Positions 11,533 through 21,674 of a DNA stretch of 64,000 bases are shown here, one piece after another (positions within the stretch are counted from its first letter, which is position 1; each line of letters begins with the position of its first letter). The notes beneath the pieces were generated by a model. That model saw only the letters and a program-made list of their open reading frames with translations. It was not told the origin of the DNA and searched no databases. The position numbers and the translations under genes are program-made. This stretch comes from Deltaproteobacteria bacterium (GTDB taxonomy: Bacteria > Myxococcota > Myxococcia > Myxococcales > 40CM-4-68-19): assembly GCA_005879315.1 (NCBI GenBank), contig VBLC01000037.1:1300-65299 (forward strand), written 5' to 3'.

Positions 11533-11728
11533 ACGAAAGCGGCTGGGCAGGAGCGCGGTCATAGCGCCCGCAGGTTGCAGCGTCAACGCGCTTTCCCCAG
11601 CTCCGCCCACACCGAAAGTGTAGCCGAGAGCGCAAAAAGTAGCGCCTTTTTCCGTCGCGGCGCGGATGTGATCCGCTCCTGATTCCAGGAATTTGGAGGG
11701 GGGCGTCCTTCTTGCTAGTGCTCCCTGC

Positions 11729-12412
11729 ATGCAGCGCGCGCACGGTTTCACTCTCATCGAGGCGCTCACGGCCATCGCCATCGTCGGCGTGCTCGCAGGG
11801 CTGTCGGCCTTCGCCCTCGACCGGCTCAAGGCCCGCGGCAACTTCGCTTCGGCCAGCGGCGATTTCGTCAACGGCGGCCTCCGCGCGGCGCGCGCCGAGT
11901 CCTTCGCCCGCGGCGACAACACCGTGGTCATCGTCGACACCGTTGGGGGCCAGTGGTGGGCCATCGAGGACGTCGCCGGCACCTTCACGCTCGCCGGTTT
12001 CGTCCCGAGCACGCCGGCGCCTTCGCCGGCCCGCCTCATCCGCCAGGGCATCCTGCCGAGCGGCGTCAGCTTCGGTCCTTCTGCCGGATGGGGAACGGCG
12101 CTGCCGCCGCCGCTCTCGGGAATCCCGACGGGCTTCGTCAACCTGCCCGACGGCGGCACCGTCAACATCACCACCGACGGCGGCAGCTCCGCTCCGAACT
12201 ACACCTACTGCAGCTTCTGCGACTCGAGCAGCGGCATGGGCGCCGTCACCTTCTTTCCCTCGGGCGGCGCGTCGTTCAGCGGCGGACCGCTCACCATCGG
12301 CCAGCAGCTCGCCATGCAGGACGTCTCGAGCGACGGCGGTCCGCCGAGCGGCATCGTCGACTACGCCATCGTCGGCGCCACCGGCGCCGTGGAGGCGGTG
12401 ACCATCAAATGA
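11729..12412 (+). CDS. type IV pilus minor pilin, FimT/GspH-like
   Basis: Prepilin leader MQRAHG followed by FTLIEAL, the N-methylation motif. First gene of an overlapping pilin operon. Confidence 0.8.
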   Translation: MQRAHGFTLIEALTAIAIVGVLAGLSAFALDRLKARGNFASASGDFVNGGLRAARAESFARGDNTVVIVDTVGGQWWAIEDVAGTFTLAGFVPSTPAPSPARLIRQGILPSGVSFGPSAGWGTALPPPLSGIPTGFVNLPDGGTVNITTDGGSSAPNYTYCSFCDSSSGMGAVTFFPSGGASFSGGPLTIGQQLAMQDVSSDGGPPSGIVDYAIVGATGAVEAVTIK

Positions 12413-13011
12413 GACCGGCCACTTCAGCTCTGCTCGGCGACCGCGGCTTCTCGCTCATCGAAGCGATGGTGGCCTCGGTGATCATGCTCATCGGCCTGCT
12501 CGGCCTCGCCGGCCTGCAGGTGGTGGGGATGCGCGCCAACAATCTCGGCAAGCGCATGTCGCAGGCCTCGCTGCTCGGGCAGGACCTCGTGCAGAACATG
12601 CAGATCTGGAATTACACCGACACGCGGCTCATCCCCGCGAACCACACCGCAAAGTATACCGACACCAACCACGCCGACATCGCCCAGTACTGGGACACGG
12701 GCCGCGGCGGCTCGCCCTCGGTGCAGTTCGACTTCACCGACAGCGCCGACGCGACGGGCGCCACGAACATCAACCAGCTGAACGCCAACTACGAGGGCGT
12801 GTTGTCGCCGGTGGACACTTCGCTCGCCGCCGGCGAGCAGACGATCTTCAGCCGCTACTGGAACGTCTTTCTCATCGACCTCAGCGGCTCGGGGACGGCG
12901 CAGGGCAAGCTGGTACAGGTCGCGGTGCGCTGGAAGGAGTCGTCGTTCGGCTATCGGCAGGTCACCACCAGCTTCTACAAGTACGACCCAACCCTCTTCA
13001 CCGGCCAATGA
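12409..13011 (+). CDS. pilV: type IV pilus minor pilin PilV
   Basis: GFSLIEAMVASVIMLIGLLGL prepilin N-terminus. ATGA overlap with the preceding stop. Confidence 0.8.
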   Translation: MRPATSALLGDRGFSLIEAMVASVIMLIGLLGLAGLQVVGMRANNLGKRMSQASLLGQDLVQNMQIWNYTDTRLIPANHTAKYTDTNHADIAQYWDTGRGGSPSVQFDFTDSADATGATNINQLNANYEGVLSPVDTSLAAGEQTIFSRYWNVFLIDLSGSGTAQGKLVQVAVRWKESSFGYRQVTTSFYKYDPTLFTGQ

Positions 13012-14234
13012 ACCAGCGCGGATTCACCATTCTCGAAGTGTTGGTCGGCGCCGCCGTGGCGATCCTCGTCATCGGCATCGTCATGGCCACCTTCCTCTCC
13101 CAGCAGAAATCGATGCAGTCGATGGACCTGTCGCGCGAGGCGAGCAACGGCGCGCGCGACTCCATGTTCTCGATGCAGGGAAGCATCGGGCGCGCCGGCT
13201 ACGGCGTCGACCCTCGCTACGCCTTCGACTTCAAGTGGTACAACTGCACGACCGTCCCCTGCCGCGACAAGATCAACGGGGCTGACGAGCTGGTCTTCGT
13301 CGAGCGCGATCCCATCTACTACTGGGCGGGAACGCCGACCAGCACCACCCAGGGCTGCAGCACCGACACCACCGCGCCGTGCACCGGCCACGCCTGGCCG
13401 GTGAAGAGCTTCGACAGCGCCACGCAGATGACCATCTCAGCCGATCCGGATGACCTCTTCCTGCTCGGACAAGTGGTGATGGTGACCTGCGCCAAGGGGT
13501 TGCAGCCCACCATGGGGACCATCGCGACGACCATCAAGGCGACCTCAACGGGAAACCTGCAGCTCACGCTCACCGCCGCGGTGGCGGGCAACCCCTACAA
13601 GACCAACGTGGTGACGGGCGCCGATCCCTGCTTCGGCAGCATCTACGGAACGGCGGGGGCCGGGGTGAGCATGTTCCTCGTCAACCGCTACCACTACCTG
13701 GTCACCATCATGAACGGCGATCCCTGGCTCGTGCTCGATCGCGGCCTCGACTACAACCAGAACGGGACCACGCCGGAGAACGGCGCCGATCCCGCCGACT
13801 ACATCCCCATCGCCCACGGCGTCGAGGACATGCAGATCGCCTATCTGCTGCGTCCGCCGCCCAGCCCCTGGCCGCTCTCGGGCGCCGCCCCGACCGCGCC
13901 GGACAACGGGGCCGACTGGGTCGTCGGCGATACGGTCGGCACGGTGGAGGAGCCGAATCCCAGCGCCACCGCGCCCACCCAGGACAAGCCCGATACCGAC
14001 GCGTCCCGCTACACCCTGCACCCCGCCAACATCCGCGGCGTGCGCGTGCGGCTGATGGTGCGCTCGCTTCTCATGGATCATTCGATCGACAACTTCGCCG
14101 GCGACGCGTACCCGGCCTCGATCGAGAACCGCAACGACTTCACCGCCATCGTGCTGGGCGGATACCGCCGCTATCCGTCGTCGATCTCGGTGGCGACGCC
14201 GAACCTGAACTCGAGAGACCCTTTCATTTTCTGA
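13008..14234 (+). CDS. pilW: type IV pilus assembly protein PilW
   Basis: MNQRGFTILEVLVGAAVAILV prepilin N-terminus, about 400 aa. ATGA overlap with pilV. Confidence 0.8.
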   Translation: MNQRGFTILEVLVGAAVAILVIGIVMATFLSQQKSMQSMDLSREASNGARDSMFSMQGSIGRAGYGVDPRYAFDFKWYNCTTVPCRDKINGADELVFVERDPIYYWAGTPTSTTQGCSTDTTAPCTGHAWPVKSFDSATQMTISADPDDLFLLGQVVMVTCAKGLQPTMGTIATTIKATSTGNLQLTLTAAVAGNPYKTNVVTGADPCFGSIYGTAGAGVSMFLVNRYHYLVTIMNGDPWLVLDRGLDYNQNGTTPENGADPADYIPIAHGVEDMQIAYLLRPPPSPWPLSGAAPTAPDNGADWVVGDTVGTVEEPNPSATAPTQDKPDTDASRYTLHPANIRGVRVRLMVRSLLMDHSIDNFAGDAYPASIENRNDFTAIVLGGYRRYPSSISVATPNLNSRDPFIF

Positions 14235-14707
14235 TGAGGCCGCTGATGCGCAAGCATGACAAAGGCTCCGCCCTGATCATCGCCATGATCTTGATGATCG
14301 TGCTGGCGGTGGTGGGCCTGGCCATCGTCAACCGCACCACCTACGAGGTGGACGCGGTGGCGAGCAAGCGCCACTACGATCGGGCCGTCGCCTGCGCAGA
14401 AGGCGCGCGGCAGATGCTGCTCAGCCAGTTCCGCGCTTACGGCGTGAACCTCTCGTCGCTGCAGCTGCAGAAGACCGTGGGCGACCAGACGTATGCCTCG
14501 GGTCACTACGACAGCTTCAACATCACCACCGTCGGCGAGGCCCCCGGCACGCCGGGCGGGATCGTCGGCAGCGACGCCGCCAACCGCATCACCAAGCGCT
14601 CCGGCGGCCTGGGCGGCAAGGGCTATCGATTCTCGGTGGTGTGCAGCGACAGCGCCGCCCCCACTCACCAGATGGAAGTCGAGTTTCTGGTGAACTTTGG
14701 ATTCTAG
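14234..14707 (+). CDS. pilX: pilus assembly protein PilX
   Basis: KGSALIIAMILMIVLAVVGLAIV hydrophobic N-terminus and a PilX-N type domain. Its start overlaps the pilW stop. Confidence 0.7.
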   Translation: MRPLMRKHDKGSALIIAMILMIVLAVVGLAIVNRTTYEVDAVASKRHYDRAVACAEGARQMLLSQFRAYGVNLSSLQLQKTVGDQTYASGHYDSFNITTVGEAPGTPGGIVGSDAANRITKRSGGLGGKGYRFSVVCSDSAAPTHQMEVEFLVNFGF

Positions 14708-14717
14708 AGGAGAGACC

Positions 14718-17700
14718 ATGAACAGACTTGCCGCACTGCTCATCGCACTCCTCGCGCTCGCCCCGCCTGCACTGGCCGGGACGGACGACGTCTGCTGGAA
14801 CCGCGACCTCGAGCGCATGGACTTCTACACGAACCCGCCCTCGCGCGGAGACAACAACTTCTTCTCCTTCACCGTCTCCGGCACGGCGAACGTGACGATG
14901 ATCTATCCGGGCACCGCCTCGATGCGGCAGCTGCCTTACTCGCTCTACGAGCTGCGCAAGATCTCTCCCGTCAGCAGCAGCGGAGGAGTGGGCACGCGCG
15001 GCTGCAGCAACAGCTTCCTCAACAACCTCGACTACTTCATGCCCCCCGACATCACCGCTCCGGCCGCTCCGACGGCCTGCGTGGGCAAGTACAGCAACAC
15101 GGTTCAGTATCCGGAGCCCGAACAGGCTTATTCCGGCGGCGGTGGGCTCAATGACGGCTTCGAGTCCGGCGCCAGCTCCTCGACCTGCACCGCGACCAGC
15201 TACACCAACAACGCGACCAACAACACCGGCGGCCTCGCCTGGCTCTACACGCAGTGGCCCGCGAACGACAGCGGCACCCAGTCGGGCGCGAACGGCTCGA
15301 TCGACGACTCCTGCAACGCGGCGGTCGGCAACAACGGCAGCAGCGACTACAACGACTGCCAGCAGTGCGTGAGGACCAGGGGCTACTGGTTCAACTACAA
15401 CAAGGCTGACAACGACACCACGCCGCAGGCGTTCGTCGCCAAGGGCAACTGGCTCAACTTCTTCCCGCCCAAGTGGGCCATCCTCCGCCTCGGGTACAAG
15501 CGGCTCGTCAACGGCCCTTTGCTCAACCCGCTGCGCGAGGGCATCGGCACCTGCAACAACTGTGTCACCGGCGGCACGCCCGACGGCCAGGGATGGTTCC
15601 GATTGCAGAAGATGCTGCCGCAGTCGTGCAGCGGCGCGGGCCGACCCAACCAGCGCATCTCCAGCACCGACAACGTCTCGTATACCGCCACCAGCAACCC
15701 GGTGGCCGAGATGCTCTTCAACGTGGCCTGGACGGTCAGCTCGCAGGGCAGCTCGCCGCCCGGGACGTGGGGCTTCTTCACCAACCAGAGCACGCACCCC
15801 TCCAGCGAGCCGGGTCCGAACAGCGACGCGAACAAGAAGGCCGGCTTCTGCCCGGGCTGCAACGCGGGCTTCTCGGTGCTCTTCACCGACGGCCGCGGCC
15901 ACGACGGCCTGGTGAACTGCGACGAGACCAACTATCTCCTCGGTACGCTCGATCCCTCCTTCCCCGCCTACTGCAAGGGCGTCGGCTCGCACGCGACCTG
16001 CAACGGCTCGTACGCCACCGGCCAGCCGGGGCTCGGCATCGGTGCCGAGAAGGACGGCGACGACTTCCTCGATCCAAACATGGCCAACGGGGCGGGCGCG
16101 GCCATTTCCTCGCGCACCGCGAGCTTCTACGTGCCGAGCGTCGTCGGCGTGGGCGCATACTGCGCCAACGACTGGCTCCCGAGCGTGGCGCTCTGGATGT
16201 TCTACACCGACCTGGCCGGCAACGGCGGCCCCGACGTGCCCGGCACGAACCTGCGCCTCTACACGGTCGGCGTGGGCGACAACTACTTCGGCGAGCTGAA
16301 CTCCGCGCAGGCGGCGGCCCAGACGGGCCACGGCCTGTTCGTCAGCGCCTCCAGCTTCGGCCAGCTGGAGAAGAGCATCAACAAGGTCTTCCTCGACATC
16401 ATCTCCAAGTCGACCTCCTTTTCGGTGGCCGCCATCACCACCGTGCAGACGCGAGGCACCACCTTCGCCTTCATCCCCCGGTTCCGGCCCTTGGGCGGCG
16501 CGCAGTGGGAAGGGCGCCTCTACCGCTTCCGGCTCTTCAACGAATTCGCCTCCGGCTGCAGCACCGCCGACCTGTCCTGCGGCCCCGACGGCGGGCCTTG
16601 CAAGACCTCGCTCAACCCCAACGGCAACAACAGCTGCAACGACCTCTTCCTCACCGACGCCGACGGCGGGTTCGTCGGCGAGGACGACGGCGGCAGCTTC
16701 ATCCTCCTCGACACCAGCCAGACCTGGAGCTCCGACGGCGGCTGGCCCCCGCTCTCGCCCAAGTCGCCGGCCGTGCCCATCTGGGAGGCGGCCTCGCTGC
16801 TCAGCACGCGAGAGAACACGGTGGCGAGCGACGGCGGAGGTACGGTCCGCAACCTCCTCACCATCCCGCTCGACGGCGGCATGCCGGCCAACAACAGCTC
16901 GCTCATCACCTACAACGACTTCAGCGACGCCGGCGTCGCCACCATGACCGACTACATGAAGCTGTCGGGCGTGAACTCCGACTTCTGCGCCGGCCTCTCC
17001 TCGACCAGCCGCCACGGCTACACCACCGAGCAGGACTGCGGCCGAGATCTAATGAAGTTCGTCGAGGGACAGGACGTGCTCCGGCAGAACACCGACGGCG
17101 GCGCGGCGCGCCCCAACATCCTCGGCGACATCTTCCACTCCTCGCCCATCCTGGTGACGCCGCCGGTCCCGAACTTCCTCTGCGAGACGGGCATCGTCCC
17201 GCAGTGCGTGCGCACGCTCTACGCGCAGGACACCGCCGGCCAGTTCACCCCGGGCAGCCAGGCCGCCTACGCCAGCTACCAGGGCGGGGACGCCGGCACC
17301 CGGCAGGAGATCATCCTGGTGGGCGCCAACGACGGCATGCTGCACGCCTTCCAGGCCGGCACCGCGCTGGCCGACGGCGGCGGCTACGACGACGGCACCG
17401 GCCAGGAGCTGTGGGCCTTCATCCCGCCCGACATGCTCCCCAAGCTGCAGCGCTACGCGCTCTCCGAGTCGCACAACATCCTGGTGGACGGCACGCCCTG
17501 GGTGCGTGACATCTGGAAGGACGGTTCGGGCACGGTCAACACTTCGGCCGACGGGCAGAAGCAGTACGACGAGTTCCACACCATCGCCATCATCGGCGAG
17601 CGCGAGGGTGGCCGGCATTACACCGCCATCGACGTCACCGACACCGGGCACAACCCCAAGTTCCTCTGGACCTGGCCGCCGCCGGGGAGCAACTATGAGC

Positions 17701-19370
17701 TGGCGGAGGGCGAGAGCTGGAACGACACCACGCCGAACCCGCCGCCCATCGGCCCCGTCCTCATCTCGGGCAGCGGGTCGGCGTTCCCGCTCACCATCCC
17801 CAACCCGCAGGGCGGCTCGCCCCTGGGGGCGCAGGAGCGCTGGGTGGTGGCCATCTCCGGCGGCTTCGATCCGAACTTCATCCGCGGCCGTGCCGTCTAC
17901 GTCCTCGACGCCTGGGACGGGACGCTGCTCTACAAGTTCAGCCGCTACGACACGACCAGCTCCTCCGACCCGCGCTTCAACCTCGGCTCGATCGCGGCGC
18001 CCGTCTCGATGATCGACACCAACTTCGACAACTTCTTCGACCTCGCCATCGTGGGCGATACCGAGGGCCAGCTCTGGGCCATCGACATGTTGAACCCGGG
18101 CACCATCTCCGGCGGCTTCGTGAACAACTGGTTCGGAGGCCTGCTCTTCCAGCAGTTCAAGGGCGGCGTGCTTTCCAACCGCGCCCCCTTCTTCACCATG
18201 GCGGGCGCGCGCGTCTTCGAGGACCCCAAGGGCGGCCCGCGCGTCTACCTGGGCGCGGGTGACCGCGATCAGATCAAAGTGCGCGACACCGACGGCGCCG
18301 ATGGCGGCACCTGCGTGATCGACAACCTGCGCGGCTGCGTGCGCAACAACTGCGCGGTGGACGTGAAGCAGAACATCTACACCATCGGCACTGGCGGCGC
18401 CGCCGAGAGCTTCACCGGCGAATGGCAATACAGCGCCGGCGGCACTTCGCTTGCGACCAACACCTTCACGCTGTCGAGCAACACCAACACCGCCGGCACC
18501 TGTGTCGATCCGACCCAGGTGCAGATCCAGTACACCGCGACCTGCCCGGGCTCGGTGGCGATGACCGACCCGAACGACGGCGGCACCACCCTCTCCAACA
18601 CCATGCTCTGCGATTTCGACGGCGGCAACGATGCCGGCGAGGAGTGCACCGACCTGGCCGGCAAGCCGGTCGGCGCCAACGCCGCGTTCACGTCGCCCAC
18701 CATCACCAACACGCGCTTCTACTCGATCAAGATCTTCGATGCGCCGGCCTACACCAACCGCCCGCGCATGCTGACCTCCACCGCGCAGACGACCTTCAAC
18801 GCGAACACGCTCACCGATACCGACCTCACCGACGTCAGCACCGACGCCGGCATGAGCACGACCGCGGCGGGCTGGTACATCAGGCACCTCAACGACTCCA
18901 ACGAGAAGACCGCGAGCGCGGCGCTCCTCCTCGGCGGCTGCGTGGCCTGGAACACGGAAGTGCCGAGCATCATCTTCACCGGCACCGGCGCCGACGGCGG
19001 CCAGGTGTGCGCCGGCGGCATGATCCCGGCGGACACCGCCTATCTGTACCAGGCCAACGACGACACCGGCGTGATCCAGTGCGGTCTGGTCGGCTCCGCC
19101 ACCCAGCTCGCCACCGCCCGCTTCCAGCAGCGCTCGGTGACGGTGACGCCGCAGCAGCCCACGCCGGTCGTCTCGCTCAACTCCAAGACGGGTCAAGCGG
19201 GCTACAGCGGCGTCTCGCTCGAGCCAGGCGGCAAGATCCCCCTCCAGATTTCGGTGGGCGCGGCCTCGGTCCAGGGCGACGTGAGCTGGCTCGACGTCTC
19301 GCGCAACCTGCACAACTGCCGCCACGCCACGCCTCCTGCGGACGGCGGCCCCGGGGCCTGCACCAACTAG
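14718..19370 (+). CDS. pilY1: PilY1-like pilus tip-associated adhesin (very large)
   Basis: ATG 14718 follows AGAGGAGAG; signal peptide MNRLAALLIALLALAPPALAG. PilY1 beta-propeller hallmarks ILVGANDGMLHAF and ELWAFIPPDMLPKL. EF-hand-like loop DTNFDNFFD (18015-18041). Confidence 0.85.
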   Translation: MNRLAALLIALLALAPPALAGTDDVCWNRDLERMDFYTNPPSRGDNNFFSFTVSGTANVTMIYPGTASMRQLPYSLYELRKISPVSSSGGVGTRGCSNSFLNNLDYFMPPDITAPAAPTACVGKYSNTVQYPEPEQAYSGGGGLNDGFESGASSSTCTATSYTNNATNNTGGLAWLYTQWPANDSGTQSGANGSIDDSCNAAVGNNGSSDYNDCQQCVRTRGYWFNYNKADNDTTPQAFVAKGNWLNFFPPKWAILRLGYKRLVNGPLLNPLREGIGTCNNCVTGGTPDGQGWFRLQKMLPQSCSGAGRPNQRISSTDNVSYTATSNPVAEMLFNVAWTVSSQGSSPPGTWGFFTNQSTHPSSEPGPNSDANKKAGFCPGCNAGFSVLFTDGRGHDGLVNCDETNYLLGTLDPSFPAYCKGVGSHATCNGSYATGQPGLGIGAEKDGDDFLDPNMANGAGAAISSRTASFYVPSVVGVGAYCANDWLPSVALWMFYTDLAGNGGPDVPGTNLRLYTVGVGDNYFGELNSAQAAAQTGHGLFVSASSFGQLEKSINKVFLDIISKSTSFSVAAITTVQTRGTTFAFIPRFRPLGGAQWEGRLYRFRLFNEFASGCSTADLSCGPDGGPCKTSLNPNGNNSCNDLFLTDADGGFVGEDDGGSFILLDTSQTWSSDGGWPPLSPKSPAVPIWEAASLLSTRENTVASDGGGTVRNLLTIPLDGGMPANNSSLITYNDFSDAGVATMTDYMKLSGVNSDFCAGLSSTSRHGYTTEQDCGRDLMKFVEGQDVLRQNTDGGAARPNILGDIFHSSPILVTPPVPNFLCETGIVPQCVRTLYAQDTAGQFTPGSQAAYASYQGGDAGTRQEIILVGANDGMLHAFQAGTALADGGGYDDGTGQELWAFIPPDMLPKLQRYALSESHNILVDGTPWVRDIWKDGSGTVNTSADGQKQYDEFHTIAIIGEREGGRHYTAIDVTDTGHNPKFLWTWPPPGSNYELAEGESWNDTTPNPPPIGPVLISGSGSAFPLTIPNPQGGSPLGAQERWVVAISGGFDPNFIRGRAVYVLDAWDGTLLYKFSRYDTTSSSDPRFNLGSIAAPVSMIDTNFDNFFDLAIVGDTEGQLWAIDMLNPGTISGGFVNNWFGGLLFQQFKGGVLSNRAPFFTMAGARVFEDPKGGPRVYLGAGDRDQIKVRDTDGADGGTCVIDNLRGCVRNNCAVDVKQNIYTIGTGGAAESFTGEWQYSAGGTSLATNTFTLSSNTNTAGTCVDPTQVQIQYTATCPGSVAMTDPNDGGTTLSNTMLCDFDGGNDAGEECTDLAGKPVGANAAFTSPTITNTRFYSIKIFDAPAYTNRPRMLTSTAQTTFNANTLTDTDLTDVSTDAGMSTTAAGWYIRHLNDSNEKTASAALLLGGCVAWNTEVPSIIFTGTGADGGQVCAGGMIPADTAYLYQANDDTGVIQCGLVGSATQLATARFQQRSVTVTPQQPTPVVSLNSKTGQAGYSGVSLEPGGKIPLQISVGAASVQGDVSWLDVSRNLHNCRHATPPADGGPGACTN

Positions 19371-19378
19371 CCCCGGCT

Positions 19379-20071
19379 TCAGACCTCGTCGCGGCTGTGC
19401 GGGTGGCGGACGTCGGTCCCGCGTACCATGAAGATGACCATCTCGGCCACGTTGGTGGCGTGGTCGGCCAGCCGCTCGAGGTGCTTGGCGACGAAGAGCA
19501 GGCTGTTGGCGCGGCGGATGTTCTTGCTGTCCTCCATCATCAGCGCCAACAGCTCGTTGAAGAGGTTGTGGTAGAGGGCGTCGACCAGCTCGTCGTCCTT
19601 GATCACCGCCTCGGCCTTGTCGGCGTCGGCATCGACGAAGGAGTCGAGGGCGCCGCGCAGCTGCTTCTGACAGAGCTCGCAAAGCTTGGTCAGGTCGTGC
19701 AGCGGCCGCAGCGGCGGCGACTGGTTGAGGTCGATGGCCCGCTCGGCGATGTTCACCGCGAGATCGCCGATCCGCTCCAGGTCGACGACGATCTTCATCG
19801 CGGTGGTGATGAAGCGCAGGTCGCTGGCGGCGGGCTGGCGCAAGACCAGAAGGCGGCGGCACTTCTCGTCGATCTCCAGCTCCAGCCGGTTGACCTCGCG
19901 GTCGGCGCCCAGCACCGCCTCGGCCAGCTTGGTGTCGCGCTCGGCGAGGGCGCGCACGCTCTCGGCGATCTCGCTCTCCACCTTGCCGCCCAACGTCAGG
20001 AGCTTGGCGCGCAAGTCGGCCAGCTCCTCGTCGTAGCTGCGGTCGGTGTGCTGCTTTCTCGAGAACGCCAT
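19379..20071 (-). CDS. phoU: phosphate signalling complex protein PhoU
   Basis: 230 aa with two PhoU repeats (DREVNRLELEIDEKC, DDELVDALYHNLFNEL). Start overlaps the pstB stop. Confidence 0.95.
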   Translation of the reverse strand: MAFSRKQHTDRSYDEELADLRAKLLTLGGKVESEIAESVRALAERDTKLAEAVLGADREVNRLELEIDEKCRRLLVLRQPAASDLRFITTAMKIVVDLERIGDLAVNIAERAIDLNQSPPLRPLHDLTKLCELCQKQLRGALDSFVDADADKAEAVIKDDELVDALYHNLFNELLALMMEDSKNIRRANSLLFVAKHLERLADHATNVAEMVIFMVRGTDVRHPHSRDEV

Positions 20072-20832
20072 CAGCCGAACTTCCCGGTCACGTAGTCTTC
20101 CGTTCGCGGCTCGCGCGGGTTGCTGAAGATCTGCTCGGTCTTTCCATGCTCGACCAATTCTCCCAGATAGAAGAACGCCGTCCAGTCCGACACCCGCGCC
20201 GCTTGTTGCATGTTGTGGGTGACGATGACGATGGTGAGGGACTCCTGCAACTCGCGGATGAGCTCCTCGATCTTGGCGGTGGCGATGGGGTCGAGCGCGC
20301 TCGCCGGCTCGTCCATCAAGAGCACCTCGGGGCCGATGGTCAGCGCGCGGGCGATGCAGAGCCGCTGCTGCTGTCCGCCGGAGAGCGAGAGCGGTGATTG
20401 CGGAAGGCGATCCTTGACCTCGTCCCAGAGCGCGGCCTGGCGCAGGCTCTTCTCCACCAGATCGCGGTGCTTGCCGCCGATGCCGTTGAGGATCAACCCA
20501 GCGGCGACGTTGTCGTAGATGGACATCGTCGGAAACGGATTTGCCCGCTGGAACACCATGCCCACCCGCCGCCGCAGATCGACGGGATCGACGCCGCGCG
20601 CGTGCAGGTCCTGGCCGTCCACCAGGATGCGCCCCGACTGGCGGGCGGAGGGGCTCAGCTCGTGCATGCGGTTGATGCAGCGGACGAAGGTGGTTTTGCC
20701 GCATCCGCTCGGGCCGATGACGGCGAGCACCGAGTTCTGCTCGACCGAGAGGCTGACGTCCCGGAGTGCGTGGGTGGCCCCGAACCAGGCGTTGAGCTTT
20801 TGCACCTCGATCTTCTTCGAGCCGTTGTTCAC
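20071..20832 (-). CDS. pstB: phosphate ABC transporter ATP-binding protein PstB
   Basis: Walker [10 protein letters not shown], signature LSGGQQQRL, Walker B LLMDEP. GTG 20832 overlaps the pstA stop. Confidence 0.95.
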   Translation of the reverse strand: MNNGSKKIEVQKLNAWFGATHALRDVSLSVEQNSVLAVIGPSGCGKTTFVRCINRMHELSPSARQSGRILVDGQDLHARGVDPVDLRRRVGMVFQRANPFPTMSIYDNVAAGLILNGIGGKHRDLVEKSLRQAALWDEVKDRLPQSPLSLSGGQQQRLCIARALTIGPEVLLMDEPASALDPIATAKIEELIRELQESLTIVIVTHNMQQAARVSDWTAFFYLGELVEHGKTEQIFSNPREPRTEDYVTGKFG

Positions 20833-21674
20833 CGTCGAGCCCCCACACGACTGCGGGCGAGGAAGCGCGCTGCTGCCGAGAGGGTCCCGACCAGAAGCAG
20901 GAGAACGAGCGCTGCACCCCAGGCCTGGCGGTGCCATTCCTCGAAGGGGCTGACCGCGTAATTGAAGATCTGGACGGTGAGCGAGGCGGTGGGCCGATCG
21001 GCTCGCCAGTTCCAGAACTGGTTGTTGAGCGAGGTGAAGAGCAGGGGAGCCGTCTCGCCGGCGGCGCGCGCGACCCCGAGGAGGATGGCGGTGAGAATGC
21101 CCGGCAGCGCGGTGCGGATGACGACCCGCAGGCTGGTGCGCCACTCGGGGACGCCGAGGGCGAGCGAGGCCTCGCGCAAGGTTCGCGGCACGAGGCGCAC
21201 CAGCTCCTCGGTGCTGCGGGCGAGCGGCGGGATCATCAAGACGGCCAGCCCCACCCCGCCCGCCAGCGCCGAGAAGCGCCGCATGGGCAAGACCACCAGG
21301 CCGTAAGCGACGATGCCCACCACGATCGAGGGCACGCCGGAGAGCACTTCGGCCATGAAGCGGATCGCCTCGCCCGCCTTGCCGTCGCCGCGCTCGGCGA
21401 GAAAGACGCCCGCGCCCACGCCGATGGGCACGCCCAAGACGCAGGCGATGCCGACGATGTAGAGCGTGCCGCCGATGGCGTTGGCGACCCCCCCTCCCGG
21501 CTCGCTCACCGGCGTCGGCAGCTGGGTGAAGAAGTCCCAGTTGAGCGAGGAGATGCCGCGCGAGATCACCAGCCAGAGGAGGGAGGCGAGCGGGGCCACC
21601 GCGGCAACCAGCCCGAGGGCGCAAAGCCCGGTCATGAAGCCGTTCCAGAACTTGCGCCTCGCCAGCGTCTTCAT
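20829..21674 (-). CDS. pstA: phosphate ABC transporter permease PstA
   Basis: [22 protein letters not shown]..., six-TM permease with an EAA-type loop ([13 protein letters not shown]). ATGA overlap with pstC. Confidence 0.9.
   Translation of the reverse strand: MKTLARRKFWNGFMTGLCALGLVAAVAPLASLLWLVISRGISSLNWDFFTQLPTPVSEPGGGVANAIGGTLYIVGIACVLGVPIGVGAGVFLAERGDGKAGEAIRFMAEVLSGVPSIVVGIVAYGLVVLPMRRFSALAGGVGLAVLMIPPLARSTEELVRLVPRTLREASLALGVPEWRTSLRVVIRTALPGILTAILLGVARAAGETAPLLFTSLNNQFWNWRADRPTASLTVQIFNYAVSPFEEWHRQAWGAALVLLLLVGTLSAAARFLARSRVGARR

Noticed and set aside
11660-11728. Sigma54 (-24/-12) promoter upstream of the pilin operon (TGG...TTGC)
   Set aside because: The GG to GC spacing is 19 nt instead of 12. 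The 11-nt palindrome ATTCCAGGAAT (11682-11692) was noted but is too short to interpret.
14589-19862. Two very long minus-strand ORFs (808 aa and 937 aa) plus alternate plus-strand frames inside pilY1
   Set aside because: They overlap the PilY1 frame, which has a signal peptide, an RBS and conserved propeller motifs. The alternates are Arg/Gly/Ala-rich with no motifs.
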